Assembly (NCBI GenBank): GCA_028534125.1
Contig: CM052818.1
Span: 18,292,001-18,356,000 of the forward strand
Source of the DNA: Lama glama
Taxonomy: Eukaryota
Length of the DNA: 64,000 bases
Direction: 5' to 3'
A program made the position numbers and the translations under genes. The notes under the pieces were generated by a model. The model made no database searches. It saw nothing but the letters and a program-made list of their open reading frames with translations, and was not told where the DNA came from. Below are positions 38,600 through 51,000 of this stretch, one piece after another (the first letter of the stretch is position 1; every line of letters starts with the position of its first letter).

Positions 38600-39760
38600 T
38601 CCTTTGAATGAAATTTTATTAAGGTATGTTTTATATACAACAAAATATATGCACTTGTTTAAAAATTAAAGTTAGACAAACTCATTTTACTACTTCCCCA
38701 GTCTTCAAGTAGGACATTTCCATCACCCCAGCAAGTTTCCCCCTGCCTCTTTCCCTCTATCCCAGGCCCCAGGTGACAATTACTCTGATTTCTGTTACTG
38801 TAAATGGAATCATATAGTATGCATTCTTTCATGTCTGCATTCTTTCACTCAGCATAATTTTTTAAAGATTCAACTATGTGGTGCAGCCATTATAGAAAAC
38901 AATATGGAGGTTCCTTAAAAAACTAAAAATGAAACTACCATATGATCCAGCAATTCCAATCTTGGGTATATCTAGAAAAAACAAAAACATTAAATCTAAA
39001 AGATACATGTACCTCAATGCTCATAGCCCCAATATTTACAATAGCCAAAAGAGAGAAACAACCCAAGTGCCCATCAACAGACAACTGGATTCATGTGTGA
39101 GAGACTCACACACACACACACACACACACAATGGAATATTAGTCATTAAACAAATGAAACACTGCCATTTTCTGCAATGTGGATGGACCTAGAGAACATT
39201 ATTCTGAGTGAAATAAATCAGAGAAAGACAAATATATGAAACCTAAAAAAAAAATACAAATGAATGTGTATAGGAAACAGACTCACAGACATAGAAAAGA
39301 AACTTGAGGTTATCAAAAATTGAAAAGGAAGAGGGAAGGAACAAGTTAGGGGTAGGGAATTAACAGATACAAACCACTGTATATAAAATAGATAAGCAAC
39401 AAGGATTTACTATAAGCACAGGAAATTATACTCATAATTATAGTTATTATTTTTTAATAACCTATGATGGAATATAATCTGCAAAATTACTGAATGACTG
39501 TCTTGTACACCTGAAATTAATACAATATTGTAAATAAAGTCACTTCAATTTAAAAAAAGATTCAACTGTGTTGTACCAGCAGTGTTTTACTTTACTGATA
39601 AGTAATAAACCATTGTGGGGATATTCTAGTCTATCCAGCAGGTAGTTCCCTGTTTGGGGGCTATTAAAAACAAAGCTGCTATAAACATCCATGTCCAAGT
39701 CTTTGGGAGGGCACACATTTTTATTTCTCTTGAGCAAATATACAGAAATGGGAACTCTAG
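38600..39760 (-). mobile_element. Old LINE-1 (L1MC/ME-type) 3' region, antisense, interrupted by a younger L1
   Basis: gacatttccatcacccca...taaatggaatcatatagtatgcattcttt...ctttcactcagcataat on the left. It resumes after 39556 with tttgggggctattaaaaacaaagctgctataaacatccatgtccaagtcttt. Confidence 0.8.
38880..39555 (+). mobile_element. Younger 5'-truncated LINE-1 (ORF2 C-terminus and 3' UTR) with 16-bp TSD
   Basis: Encodes KLPYDPAIPILGI (L1 ORF2p C-terminal motif, ORF 38929). Internal (CA)12 at 39107-39130 and tail cttcaatttaaaa. TSD AAAGATTCAACTATGT (38864-38879) / AAAGATTCAACTGTGT (39556-39571). Confidence 0.92.
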
Positions 39761-41377
39761 GCCCAGCATGGTCTGCGGGGCAGGGCATAGAGAGGAAGGA
39801 GTTCCAGCCCTGCAATCAACCAGAGCTGGTTCTGCGTACAGGTGGGGCTGGTTACTGACATGGAGATTTAAATCCCAACTTCATAGGCACGTCAAAGAGA
39901 CTGGAGAGCATGTATGTAGAGTGGCTGGTCAACAGTAATAAACGATAGTCGAAATAACTAGTTGCCGAACTGGGCTGAACTGCAGCAAGATCCCTGAATT
40001 TCCCAGTGAGGGAATTTTCCCCTGCTGCACACTGTTCACCCAGCCCTCATCCAGACCAAGGCTCCCTCAACCCCCACCCAACCCCAACACACTCTCTCCT
40101 GTCTTTGAAGTTGAGGCCATAAAATGTGAACTACCTTCTGAAATAATTGATTTAGAAGTGTTTCTTGGCTTGTTTGTTTTAGTCATGTTTAGTTCTCTTT
40201 GACCAAAAAAAAAAAACCAAAAACCTTCCAGGTAAGGGAACTCTCAGTACATGAATTCAGGTAAGGAGAAATGGCTGCCTTTTAGGCAATATTAGGCTGA
40301 GCCATGACCGCAGCTGGCGGCCAAACCTCCTGGGACCCGGAAGTGAAACAGAAGCCACTTTTGAAGGATGTAGGCTCATTTGCATTTGCACCCTCTCTGC
40401 CATCTAGTGCTTTCCTCCATGCCTGGTTTTCTACCCGTGCAGCCCCTTCACTTGACTCCGTTAAGTGCTCAAATGTCTCCTTTTTCTAGGTTTCCCACCC
40501 CTTTCCCACTCCTCATTCCTGCCTCCTAGCACTCTTCCCACTCACAGGACAGAGGAGCGAAACAAGGGGCCAAGGGCCAGCACGCTCTCTTAAACACACA
40601 CATACACACGCGCACATCCACATCACCCTTGTCCACGTTCAACCGTGTAAACCAACTCAATTCACCAAATAAATCGTGAAGGAAGCTACCACAGAGTAAG
40701 AGGCTTTTCTCTGGCAAAATGTCTCCTCACTCACGGCGGGTGGAGGGGTGGGAAACAACTCTGCCACCAGTGAGCTGACAAGCCCCCGGTGTCATCAGCC
40801 CTCCTCCCTGAGACAGTGCTGCTCACAGTCATACGTCCCCTCTCCCATCAGGCCTTCTCCCTGCCCTGCCCTCCAGGCCTTTCCCTTCATCCAGAGCCTT
40901 CCTAGAGCAACTCAGCTAAACCCTAGGCCAGCAGACAGTGCTTCTGCCTCAGCCAATTTGAATGCGGGCTACCTGCAAGATTTTGAGACACTCTCAGCTG
41001 CTGCATTAAAACTGCATGAGCGTCTTCCTCAGGAGGCCTAATAATAGCATGTTTCATCTTTGAGCCACTTTATAAACATTAACTGATTAAGCCACCCTTC
41101 TCTCCTTCTAAACTCTGGGCTTCTGCATAGTGGACTACATCCTCCACCTCCCTCAAATTACTGCAGGAGGAAAAAAGCTGGGACCTGAAGGATCTTTTCC
41201 AGATATCTTACGCCAAGACAACATTAATGCCAAAGGCCTTCCAATAACAGCCTACATTTGGGTAATGGCCTGGAAGGGTAAGGAATAGAAATCCACAATT
41301 ATTTAAAAGAGACTGAATTAAGATTCTCATCTCCCAAAGCCAGGTCAGCAGAGAGAACTAGCCTTCATGGTCTAGAG

Positions 41378-41594
41378 CAGAGTCATTGAACTATAGCCCA
41401 TGACACCAAATCCAGACTGCCACCTGCTTTTATGAATAAAGTTTTACTGGAACACAGTCGTGCTCATTCATTTCCATGTTATTTATGGCTACTTTGACAT
41501 TACAATAACAACTGAGTAGTTGCGACAGTGACCAAAAAACCCACAAGGTCAAAAAAAATATTTACCACCTATAGAAAAAGTTTGTTGACCCCTG
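41378..41594. mobile_element. MER58A hAT-Charlie MITE with 8-bp TSD
   Basis: aataaagttttactggaacacag...tgagtagttgcgacag...agaaaaagtttgttgacccctg. Flanks are GTCTAGAG (41370-41377) and GTCTAGGG (41595-41602). Confidence 0.9.
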
Positions 41595-41898
41595 GTCTAG
41601 GGAATTTAAAGTTTGTTCTCATCCTGTATATTCTCTAAACGTCTTTAAGCCAATCTCTTTTCCTCCCTAGGCCTCAGCTGCAACATCTGTGGACTGAATA
41701 TCCTCTAAACTGAGCCGTTGCCTTGGGCTGATTCCTCTCATTGTTCTGTTAAGGGTCAGCATCCAGCATGCTAGCTTTGTCTCCTTATTACAGCTGACTT
41801 CTTTGCAAGCAGAAACAGTTTTGTGTGTCTCATGATCACTGTAGCCACAAGGCTCTATGTTGAGCCCTAAATCCATTTGTGAAGTGTAACAAAACTGA

Positions 41899-42000
<102 letters not shown>

Positions 42001-42377
42001 TAAGGAAGAATCTATGGGGTTCGCTCATGGCTGTTCTTGGCGACAGCCTTAAGTTCATTGATATTTCTGGGAGGCCCTGGCTCTGTCCTGTTCTCAGGCC
42101 CCTAGAATTTCATTGTAAGGTGTCAAAGTCAGCCCAAAAGGTACTGTCACTGTCTCTGCCTGGTGATCCAGGCACCAGCCCAGAGCCCGGTCTTATCCAG
42201 CTCCTTCCCTCCTAGAGTCGTTTTCAGCATAGCAGACCCCAGAACCTTACTCTGTGACTGCAAGGACCTCCCCTTCATCCTCTCACTCAAAGTTACTCCA
42301 TAGCCAAAGCCCAAAATAAATCCCACATGATGCTGCTGAGGAAGGGCAGTCTTAGCTTGGATACTTCTGTCACATCA

Positions 42378-42552
42378 CATACCTTGAAACCTTGGCCAAG
42401 TTACAAAATCATTCTAAGACTTAGTTTTCTTATATGTAAAATGGGGACAATATAACTGAAGGCCTCATAGGACCACTGTGATGAATAAGTGAGATGATAC
42501 ACATTAATCAGACCTAACACATCAACTGGCATAGAGTCAGTTATCATAATGC
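42378..42552 (+). mobile_element. MIR fragment
   Basis: accttggccaagttac...cttagttttcttatatgtaaaatggggacaata...aagtgagatgatacac. Confidence 0.8.
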
Positions 42553-42732
42553 TCCTTGGTTCCTTTATAACTCCAACCAAGGTTACTCTCTCTTGTTGAC
42601 ATTCTAGTTTTACATACAGGCCAATCAACACTCACACAGACCCACCTCTGTTTCATATGGGTCTATAGTTTCCAGAGATTAATTCACAGAACCACAGAAT
42701 ATCAAAGCCAGAAGAGACTTTGGAGACTGGTC

Positions 42733-43032
42733 CAAAATTTTCCAAAGTACATTCTGTGTATCATTAAACACTCAGAAAATTATTAAGTGTTTCAAAAAAG
42801 GAAAAAGATTTTATGGTCAAATAAGATTAAGAAATACTGGGCAAATAAAGTTAGACAGATTCACTTATTATAGGAAAACTCAGAGCCTGTAACATGTGAA
42901 TATACACTTGGAATCTCCAAGAAAGACATTGTATTAACAGTTTCTCAACTGATGTCACTGGAAAGGTTTCTCTGTGAAGCATTTATTAATATCTCACAAA
43001 ATTCTCACGGAACACAGTTAGGAAAGCCAATG
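42733..43032. mobile_element. MER103-like hAT-Charlie element inserted into a MIR3/MIR (MIR parts at 42690-42732 and 43033-43150)
   Basis: ttccaaagtacattc...ggtcaaataagattaagaaatactggg...ctcagagcctgtaacatg...cacggaacacagttaggaaagc. It is flanked by MIR halves (cagaagagactttggagact / ttttacagatgaggaatg). Confidence 0.65.
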
Positions 43033-44289
43033 AACCACTTTCCTAATTTTACAGATGAGGAATGAAAGACAGAGAGAAGTTGTGAGGCTTGTCTAGTTAC
43101 CCAGCCAAATCCACAGCAGGATGAGGACTTGAACATAAATCTCCTGACTCTTTTGCATCTTTTAAAAAAGTTTTTAGCATTTGCCAAGCATATATCCGTA
43201 CACACGTACATGCATAATTCATATATGCATATATACATATATATGAGTTTGTTCAGGAATTAGAGCCCGTCCATTTCAGCAGACTGCCCTCTCCCTCTCC
43301 TGCACTCTGCCTCTCACTCTCATTCTTCCTCGTTGTCATTAAGCTTCTGCAGTTGATGCCTTCCCTCCCTCTCCCCATAGCGCTCCTGCTCCTTCCTTCC
43401 TTCTCTCTCCGCTTGGCCTCTCCTTACCATAGTTAGGAAAAGAGATCTGCCTAGGGTCTCAAAACCCACTGGGGATATAGCAGAGAAATGAATCAAAGGG
43501 CACCCAGCCCTCTGGGCAAGGTCAAGCAGGCCTCCCTCTAATGTGATGGGCAGTGGAGTTAATGGGATGGCACTTTCATCTCTTCCCTGCATGGAGAGGT
43601 GCTCACCCCCATGTAGCACTGCCTGAACTTAAAATGATTAATTACCTGGTACTTGGATCTGGGTAGCTACAGGTTACTGCAACATTAAAGCTAATGAAAC
43701 AGGGAGGAAGTAATTAACACACAGCATCTCTGCAAATATACATTGATCCAGCAAGATGAGTAAAGGGCAGCCTCTCTCTGCCGGAATCCAAATGTGAACA
43801 TGCCCACCTCCAGACTATTGATCAGGACACAGCACAGGTCAACACAGGGCAAAAGCCATCACTTCCCATGAGCTGAGAGAGAGCAGCCTCAGTCTGCAGC
43901 ATGAGCGGAATCACTGGCACATCCCCAGCTACCGTCCACTGGGATGGCACAGTTAAAACAAAGACATCCGCTGTCTTCCCCTAATCTTTGTTTTCCTTTG
44001 CCCCTCCCCGTTCCCTCCTTTTCTCCAATCTCCTCTGGCTCTTTAGCCTTTTTCCTTCCCTCCCATCTTTTTACCCTCTTTTGTTGTTTTTCATTCCGTT
44101 CCCTCATCTCCCAATCAGACAAATCAGACCCGTGTGAGTCTCATCCCTACCCTCTTAGCCTCCTCAGACCCTGGGAGACCCTTAGTGGTGAAAGACTCAG
44201 CTGTGCTCAGGGTGAAAATGACTCACCCAGCCAGTGCTTTGTCTGCCTCTGATGGACAGGTTCCAGGAGGATTTCTTGATGAGAGTTAA

Positions 44290-44408
44290 ACGGGACAGGG
44301 TTAATATTTCATTTGCACAGTTTAGTACAGTAAGAGACACTATATGCATGCTCAATTTTTGTTGAACAATGGATAGATGGATGGATGAATGGATGGATGG
44401 ATAGATGA
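44290..44408 (+). mobile_element. LINE-2 3' end with (GATG)n tail, ~90 nt upstream of exon 4
   Basis: catgctcaatttttgttgaa followed by tggatagatggatggatgaatggatggatggatagatg. Confidence 0.6.
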
Positions 44409-44499
44409 TTTACTGACATACTCTTTGCAAAATGTGAAAAATACCACAGTATTCCTTATTGTTGAGGTCACCACGTGCATGTTCTTTCCTCTTTTACAG

Positions 44500-44574
44500 T
44501 AGAATTGAAAAGGCCAACAACCTGCTATACATCGACCCTGATGCCTTCCAGAACCTTCCCAACCTCCGATATCT
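44500..44574 (+). CDS. FSHR: FSHR coding exon 4 (LRR), 75 nt, phase 2-2
   Basis: Acceptor ttctttcctcttttacAG (44498-44499) and donor GTAAGA at 44575. Translates [24 protein letters not shown]. Joins exon 3 in frame (AT+T = Ile). Confidence 0.97.
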
Positions 44575-45289
44575 GTAAGAACTCCTGTATTCTGGTACCC
44601 TCTTTATGATTAAATTGTGCATTCCTATTTTGGCAAAATATCCACTTACTACTCTGGGGAGCAATAGCTTTTTACCAAAGATGTGGGACGGAAGTGGGAA
44701 GACACTTGCTAGCAGACTTTAATTCAGTTTAATGAGTGAATTCCACTAACATAATTGCATTTTGTTTTCATTTGCAAAAACAGACATCATAAAGAATACC
44801 ATTTGCACTAATGGGATTGTCACACAGACCTTTTGCAGAACTCGGTCATAATTTAGTGTTAATGAGATACAGCCAAAATTTCTGCTAGCAATTAGCTTGT
44901 GACCTTGAACTCATAGATACTGTCTATCTTGTTCTACATACATGTATCTTTTTTTTTGATAGATCACAGTATTTTATATTAAAAGTCTTGGTTAATAATA
45001 AACACAGTATTTTATAAGCAGAGAGATTCCTGGTGTGGGTGCTCCATCCCTTGGGCCTCCCCCCAACAGCAAAAGCACTGCTCCTTCCATTCAGATGGCT
45101 TTCAAATTAGCTGAGGACTTCCTTAGACCCTGAGTGCTACAATGGGGCCCCAGAAAATAACAGATAAGAATTTGACCTATGGAGTCAAAACCTCTGGACC
45201 TACGTATTAGCTGCTGATCACAGGCAAGAAAGTTTTTTCCTCATCAAGAGAATAGGAATAGAGAATAGGAATAATAATAATGGCGAATA

Positions 45290-45798
45290 TGTATCTGTTA
45301 TCTATTAACATAATAATAACACATACCCTCCCCAAAAAAGACAGTTTTAAACCAACAACAACTTACCATTTCTCACCTGTCTGTGAGCTGATCAGCAGAA
45401 TGGTTCTGTCGAGCTGGACTCTATGTGCCTGACCTCAGCTAAGCTCACTCATGCATCAGCGATTAGTTGGCAGCTTAAGCGGGTACTGGCTGCTCTTGAT
45501 GGTCTGGGTTGGGATGACAGCTTTCCTCCCAGCCGACTAACACAAGCTTGTTCTCCTAGCAGTCCTGGGATTCCAAGAGAGAGGATAAGCTTGCAAACCT
45601 TTTGAGACCGAAACCCTGAACTAACACACCATTTCTTCAATTGTATTTTATTAGCCAGAGCAATTCATGGGGCCAGCCTAGATTCAAGAAGTGGAGAAAC
45701 AGACTCCACTACTTGATGGGGAAAGCTGTAAAGTCACAAGACAAGGTGTACGGATATCAGAAAGGATAGAGAATTGAGGTCATATTTGCAACCTATTT
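45290..45798 (-). mobile_element. MaLR solo LTR (MLT1F/H-like) nested in a MIR
   Basis: Starts tgtatctgttatctatt. Internal gctcactcatgcatcagc and ggccagcctagattcaagaagtggagaaacagactccactacttgatggg. MIR halves lie at ~45170-45289 and ~45800-45866 (cagtaaatgctcaataaacattagcta). Confidence 0.8.
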
Positions 45799-46080
45799 AA
45801 AACTTGTAAAAGGTTTTGCATGGTGCCTGTGATACAGTAAATGCTCAATAAACATTAGCTACTAGTGATACTACGACTGTCTCTGAAGTTTGAGCTATGA
45901 GAGCTGTAGTTAGGTACAATAAGGGACACTGTGGCTTGGCTTTCTGAATGGAGACTGACTGAGGGAATAAAAGATTTAAAAGAAGAAGAATCCATATGAC
46001 CTGGAACTTTTGCTTTCTGATAGGAGCCTCAGAAAGGATCTGAGAAAAAAGGTCTTCCACTCCTGAGTTAATGTCAGAGG

Positions 46081-46272
46081 CAAGACCCTTCACGGGCATG
46101 CAGCCCGTGCAGCCTCACAGGGCTCCATGCTCAAAAGGGCCCCACACTCAGAGAGCCTCACACTATGTTCAACACTCTGCTTTCGCCATCTTGAAATGCT
46201 TAAACATTTTTGAACAAAGGATCCTATGGTTTCATTTCGCACTGCACCCCATAAATTATATAGCCAGTCATG
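46081..46272. mobile_element. MER53-like hAT MITE
   Basis: cttcacgggcatgcagcccgtgcagcctcacagggctccatgctcaaaagggcccc...catcttgaaatgcttaa...aaattatatagccagtcatg. Flanks are GTCAGAGG / CTCAGAGA (6/8 match). Confidence 0.75.
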
Positions 46273-49249
46273 CTCAGAGATCAGGGTTATGATCAACTTA
46301 GGAGTCTTGGCTCCCAAATGGACTTTGCTGTGCCCTCTGCAGAAGATAGCCTGGGTTAGGCACATTAACAGTGAAGGAAATAGGAGGCAACAGAAAAGGC
46401 ATGGGTCTTAGAATTAAAAAATCTAGGACCTCATCCCAACTCCACCACTCCACTTTACCCTTGGGCCTATCACTGGACTTCTGAGATGCACATAGCTTCT
46501 AAGACCCTCAAGGGAGATTTATATATGAAAATACATTATAAACTACAAATGGGTCAAAAACATTAATAAATGTACTAAGTATTTGTAGGATGATTATTTC
46601 TGGACAACCAATCAAAGTTTACCAGTCCACCCTCAGAAAAAGTCCAGTCAGGGTTGAACAGAGAATTATGGTGGCCAGTAAAACCTTCAGCTTCTATCCA
46701 GAGTGTGTGGCATGAATTAAAACAAAAAAAGAAAAGAAAAAAAGGATATGCCTTTACATTTAATGGAGCAGTAGAGGAAAGAAAAAGAAAAAAAACTATA
46801 TATGATGTCAGAGGGACTGGATTCCAGATGGGATGATGTTATTTATTAGCTCAATTTATTAGCTCATCATCTTCTTTAAGCCTCAGTTTCCTTATCTGTA
46901 AACTGAGTCATTATAGAAAGCAAATAAGATTTTACCTGTAAAAAAAATTTTACAAATTGTTTTTAGCATACAAAGAACTATATAAATGAATATGAAATTA
47001 TTCGTGCCTGTTACCCAGTTGGTTTCCTTCAGTCCTCCTTTCCTTCTTTCCCTCCCGATTGCCACCCCTCTCTTCCCTCCTCCTCTTTCCTTCCTCTTAG
47101 AAAAAGTTTGAGTGGAACTGGGGTGAAAGGAGCACAAAGCCTTTGATAATAGAACAGCACCATTTTAAGATTTGCAAAGGGACACCCCATTCACAAACAA
47201 TCACATGTGGCTCATGAAAAGCACTCCTGCAAAGGAGAGATCCAAGAAGAAAGCGACCCCCCTCACATACACACCCCAGAGCCCATGATAATAATAACAC
47301 ATCCAAGAATGGTGGACAGGGAGCAGGTGATGGGGAATCACTGCAAAGTTTGAAATCAAGAGATCCAAAGTTTGACCCTAATAGCCCCTCATCTTAAGGC
47401 CAGCACCATTCATTCTTATTAATAAGGACCCTCAGGCCTCCCTCTGGGGGTGAGGGCTGGAGAGGAACTTGGGAGGATGTGGGCATGGAAGGCACAGCCC
47501 TAGATTGGAGGGAGAGGGAACTCTGACAGAACAGATGGGACAAAACTCTGACTTCGACTCTGGAAGAGGCTGAAATCTGTGTCATCTGTCATCAACTCCA
47601 GCTTCCCCTTTGTGTCCTTTTCTCACTTTGAGGTGTTGAGTAATCTCCAGTCCCACATGGCTCCCCGGTCAAGTCCAGACAAAGCTGAAAGTGACTAATT
47701 CTAGCTACTTTCTTTCCTAAGAGGAGGTTATCATTCTCAGAGCATTTGAAACATACTTTCTAACTGGTGAAAGAAAAGAACATATAAGCAGTTAGAGGAA
47801 TTGTGTCACTGTCAAATGATCTTCCTTGATGGCTCTGGGGAAAAAAATACTTACCGTAATTCTACAGTGTATAGAATCCTTTCACATCCTCCGCCATGCT
47901 GATCCCTATCAGGAAGTTGAGACAAAGAGTTGTCCATCTTAAACCTTTTGACCTGTTGCCCAGGGTGGACCTCTCCCAGCTGCACACCCATGGATGTGGC
48001 ACATGGTGACCCTGGGATCTGAAGCAACTCTGCACTCCAAAAACACTACCAGTGAGACATCCATTCAGGGCTCCCAGACTATGGTCCTTTGAAATATTTT
48101 CCAAACTGTTAAGAGGGATCACCTAAATTCAGAGTTGGTCCTCTATTCTAAAAGATTATATCATGGAAACAAAGCCCAATCAAGCTTCCTTCTTCTTCCA
48201 CACTTATTTGTGTCTGAGCAGCAGTCATAAACAGCTTCGAGATCCAGCAGCCAGGTGGAGGTGGATGGGAACGATTTCAGATATTCCAGGATGATGAACT
48301 ACTTGCTTCAAGGCAAAGAAGACACACAAAATGGATGGAGAAATTTGGAAGGGACCAGCAGGACTGAGTAGTTGTTTATTTCCTTAAGCCAAGATAAATG
48401 TTTATCATCAGCGCCAGCAAAGCAGGAAATTACCAACGGTAGGGGTGAGCTGCCATTTGACTTGAGAACCCTCATTCCTGCATGCACACACACTTAGAGA
48501 TATTGTTCTGCAATTCACAGCATTGATTCCATTTCATGCTGATCACTGACGGCACAGAATTCAAGACAACTAGAAATCAGCGTTCTTCATCACCCCTTTA
48601 TACTGCACTGAGGAACCTGAAATGGTTAGGAAAAAAAATCCTCATGAATAAAGAAATGTACTTTGACTAGAAGACTGTACATCAAAGGATTCATCTGGGT
48701 GGACTTTTTTTTTTTTAAGTCAGTATTGTATTTGCAGGCAATATTTCTTTCTTTACCACTCTGCCTACTTGGAGCTGACCTGTTATGTATGAAAGATTAT
48801 CTATTGATCTGTAAATCAGGTTTACACAATATTCTCTTGCCTTTGCATCCTGTCAGCATAATTCTCAGGCAGCTGGATGCTGCCCTTTGCTACTCAATAA
48901 ACCATAATTTCATCTTCGCAAACCCTTCACACAGCTGGGCAGGCCCCCACCCCCAACTGACAACCATCTTCCACTCACATGTGGGCCTGTTCTAGCTTCT
49001 TAGGATGCTGTTAATGGTAGCTGCATCATCTGCTTTCTCCAGCCAGTGACAATTCTGGGGGCGTCTTCACTGGGACTCACCTCTACAATTCCGGCTATTT
49101 CTTCCCCGCTCCTCCCTCCAAATTCCTCTCCCTCTTTTCTGCATTCTTCTCTTTCACTTGGGTTAATAGGAGTGATGAAACTAGCTTCTCTGATTATAAA
49201 AGCTAAACCATATTGGACATTGCAGGGCCAAAGGGACAGAGGGCAGGGA

Positions 49250-49455
49250 TTCAAAAAGCAGCACAGAGACTCCAGGGCCACCTACTTGGACTTGGCTCCT
49301 GCCCTTGTGTGACCTTGGGTAACTGGCTTAACTTTCTGTTTTCCTTTCTGTAAACTAAGGATAACAGTGCCTGTATCCTTGCATTGTATGAAATGCAATA
49401 CTAAGAATAATGACTGACATTCAGAAAGTTCTCAATAAATGTTAGCAATTCTTAT
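49250..49455 (+). mobile_element. MIR SINE
   Basis: tgtgtgaccttgggtaactggcttaactttctgttttcctttctgtaaa...ctcaataaatgttagc. Confidence 0.85.
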
Positions 49456-50089
49456 TAAATCCTGACCCTGTCATTTACCAGCTAAGAGAGCCTGTGGAAG
49501 GGACTTCGTTTCTTTGTACCTTGGTTCTCTCCAAAGCAGACTCCTGACATACCCAGAAAGGTCCCTCCAAACAAGCATAATGATACTATCCAGCAGAGTT
49601 CTAATGGAGGGCTCTGAACCCCTCTCCTTTTGCTCATTTTCAACGCTAGTGATCCCCAACACCCCATGCCATCCCCATCAAAATTAATTCCAGTTCTTCA
49701 CACTGCCAACTGGTCGGATAATTTTTCCTACTTCTACGGTGATCTACAATTGAACTCTTTATCATACTTCACTGCATTTGAACTCATGGCAACCCCAGGA
49801 GTAAGCAGGGCAGTACAAGTCTGAGCATTTTCTAGAAGCAAGCTGGTTTTGCCTGGAGTCCTGCTTACAGTGCTCTTCTGACAAGAACATGCAGTGTCCC
49901 TGTGCATTGAATTATTCCAATACTTTTGATGTTCAGCAACATTTCACTCTCTAGAGTGGTGGGAAAGGAGCCAAATTAGGGTTCTTGTCTGGAATTTACG
50001 GCAGCCATGTGCACAGGGAAAGGATTGGTGCCCTCCCATTTCTCCTCCATCGTTTTGATTATGAATTAGCCAGTCAGTAGGAACACATT

Positions 50090-51000
50090 CTTTCAGTCAG
50101 CCATTCAACAATCATTTGTTGAGGTCATGCCATATCTCAGGCTGTGTGGTGGCTGTTTCTTGGGTGCACTAAAGATCGTAAGACAGATGAAGCCTCTGCC
50201 CTTATGGAACTTACATTCTAATTGAAGAGACAAACAATGTTGGTGGTGTAATGCTGTCAGGTGGTGACAGCAATATGAAGAAAAGTAAAGCAGGGAAAGT
50301 AATGATTTAGAAAAGGTGGTTGAGAAAGGACAGAGGGGCCTGGTGAGAGACACTGGAGACATCTGTGAATAGCTCTCAACACCAGATCAGTCTTTGGGAA
50401 GAAAAGGCTATCATCCATGAAACACTAAAATAACATGTCTGTCAAGCTGTGTGGCACTGGGCGAGGGCAGGAAGACTGTCCCAATGCCTTGGGCTGGAGT
50501 AGTCAGGAAAAGCTTCTTGGCAGTGAAGGGAGAAGTTAGCTACAACTTCAGGGATGAGTAAAACTTGGAAAGACAGAAAAGAAGGAATTTTCTGTGAAAG
50601 AAAGAGGTGAGTAACTGCATAGAACATAAAAGGACCATGGAGTAGGCAGAGGATAGGGAGACTGAGTCTCTACTAAAAAGAAGGTGTACCCGAAGGAGTA
50701 CGACTATATTAGGATGAATTGCATTTGATGAGATTAGAAAAATAAACTAAGGCAAGAGAGTTTAGGCCTAACACAGCAGTAAAGAATAAGCTATAAGAGA
50801 TTCTTGAACAGCAGAGTGACAGGATGACAATGATTTGGACTACAGATTGACAGGTAGCAGGGCATAGACTATATTCAAGGGAGACTGGTTAAGGACCAGT
50901 TGCCATACACTGGGGATACAGTAATGGTGGCATCTGGAGGAACAGAAAGTCATAGTTCAATGGGGGGCACATTTCCAAAAAGAATCACTGGTATATGATT
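50090..51000 (-). mobile_element. LINE-2 fragments
   Basis: cattcaacaatcatttgttgag...cctctgcccttatggaacttacattcta; gtcaggaaaagcttc; ttgaacagcagagtgacaggat; gggagactggttaagg. Confidence 0.75.

Noticed and set aside
37982..38643. ORFs of 172-218 aa
   Set aside because: Artefacts of the N run (X residues contain no stop codons).
38929..39192. ORF MKLPYDPAIPILGI... as a gene
   Set aside because: Frameshifted remnant of the L1 ORF2p C-terminus inside a truncated L1.
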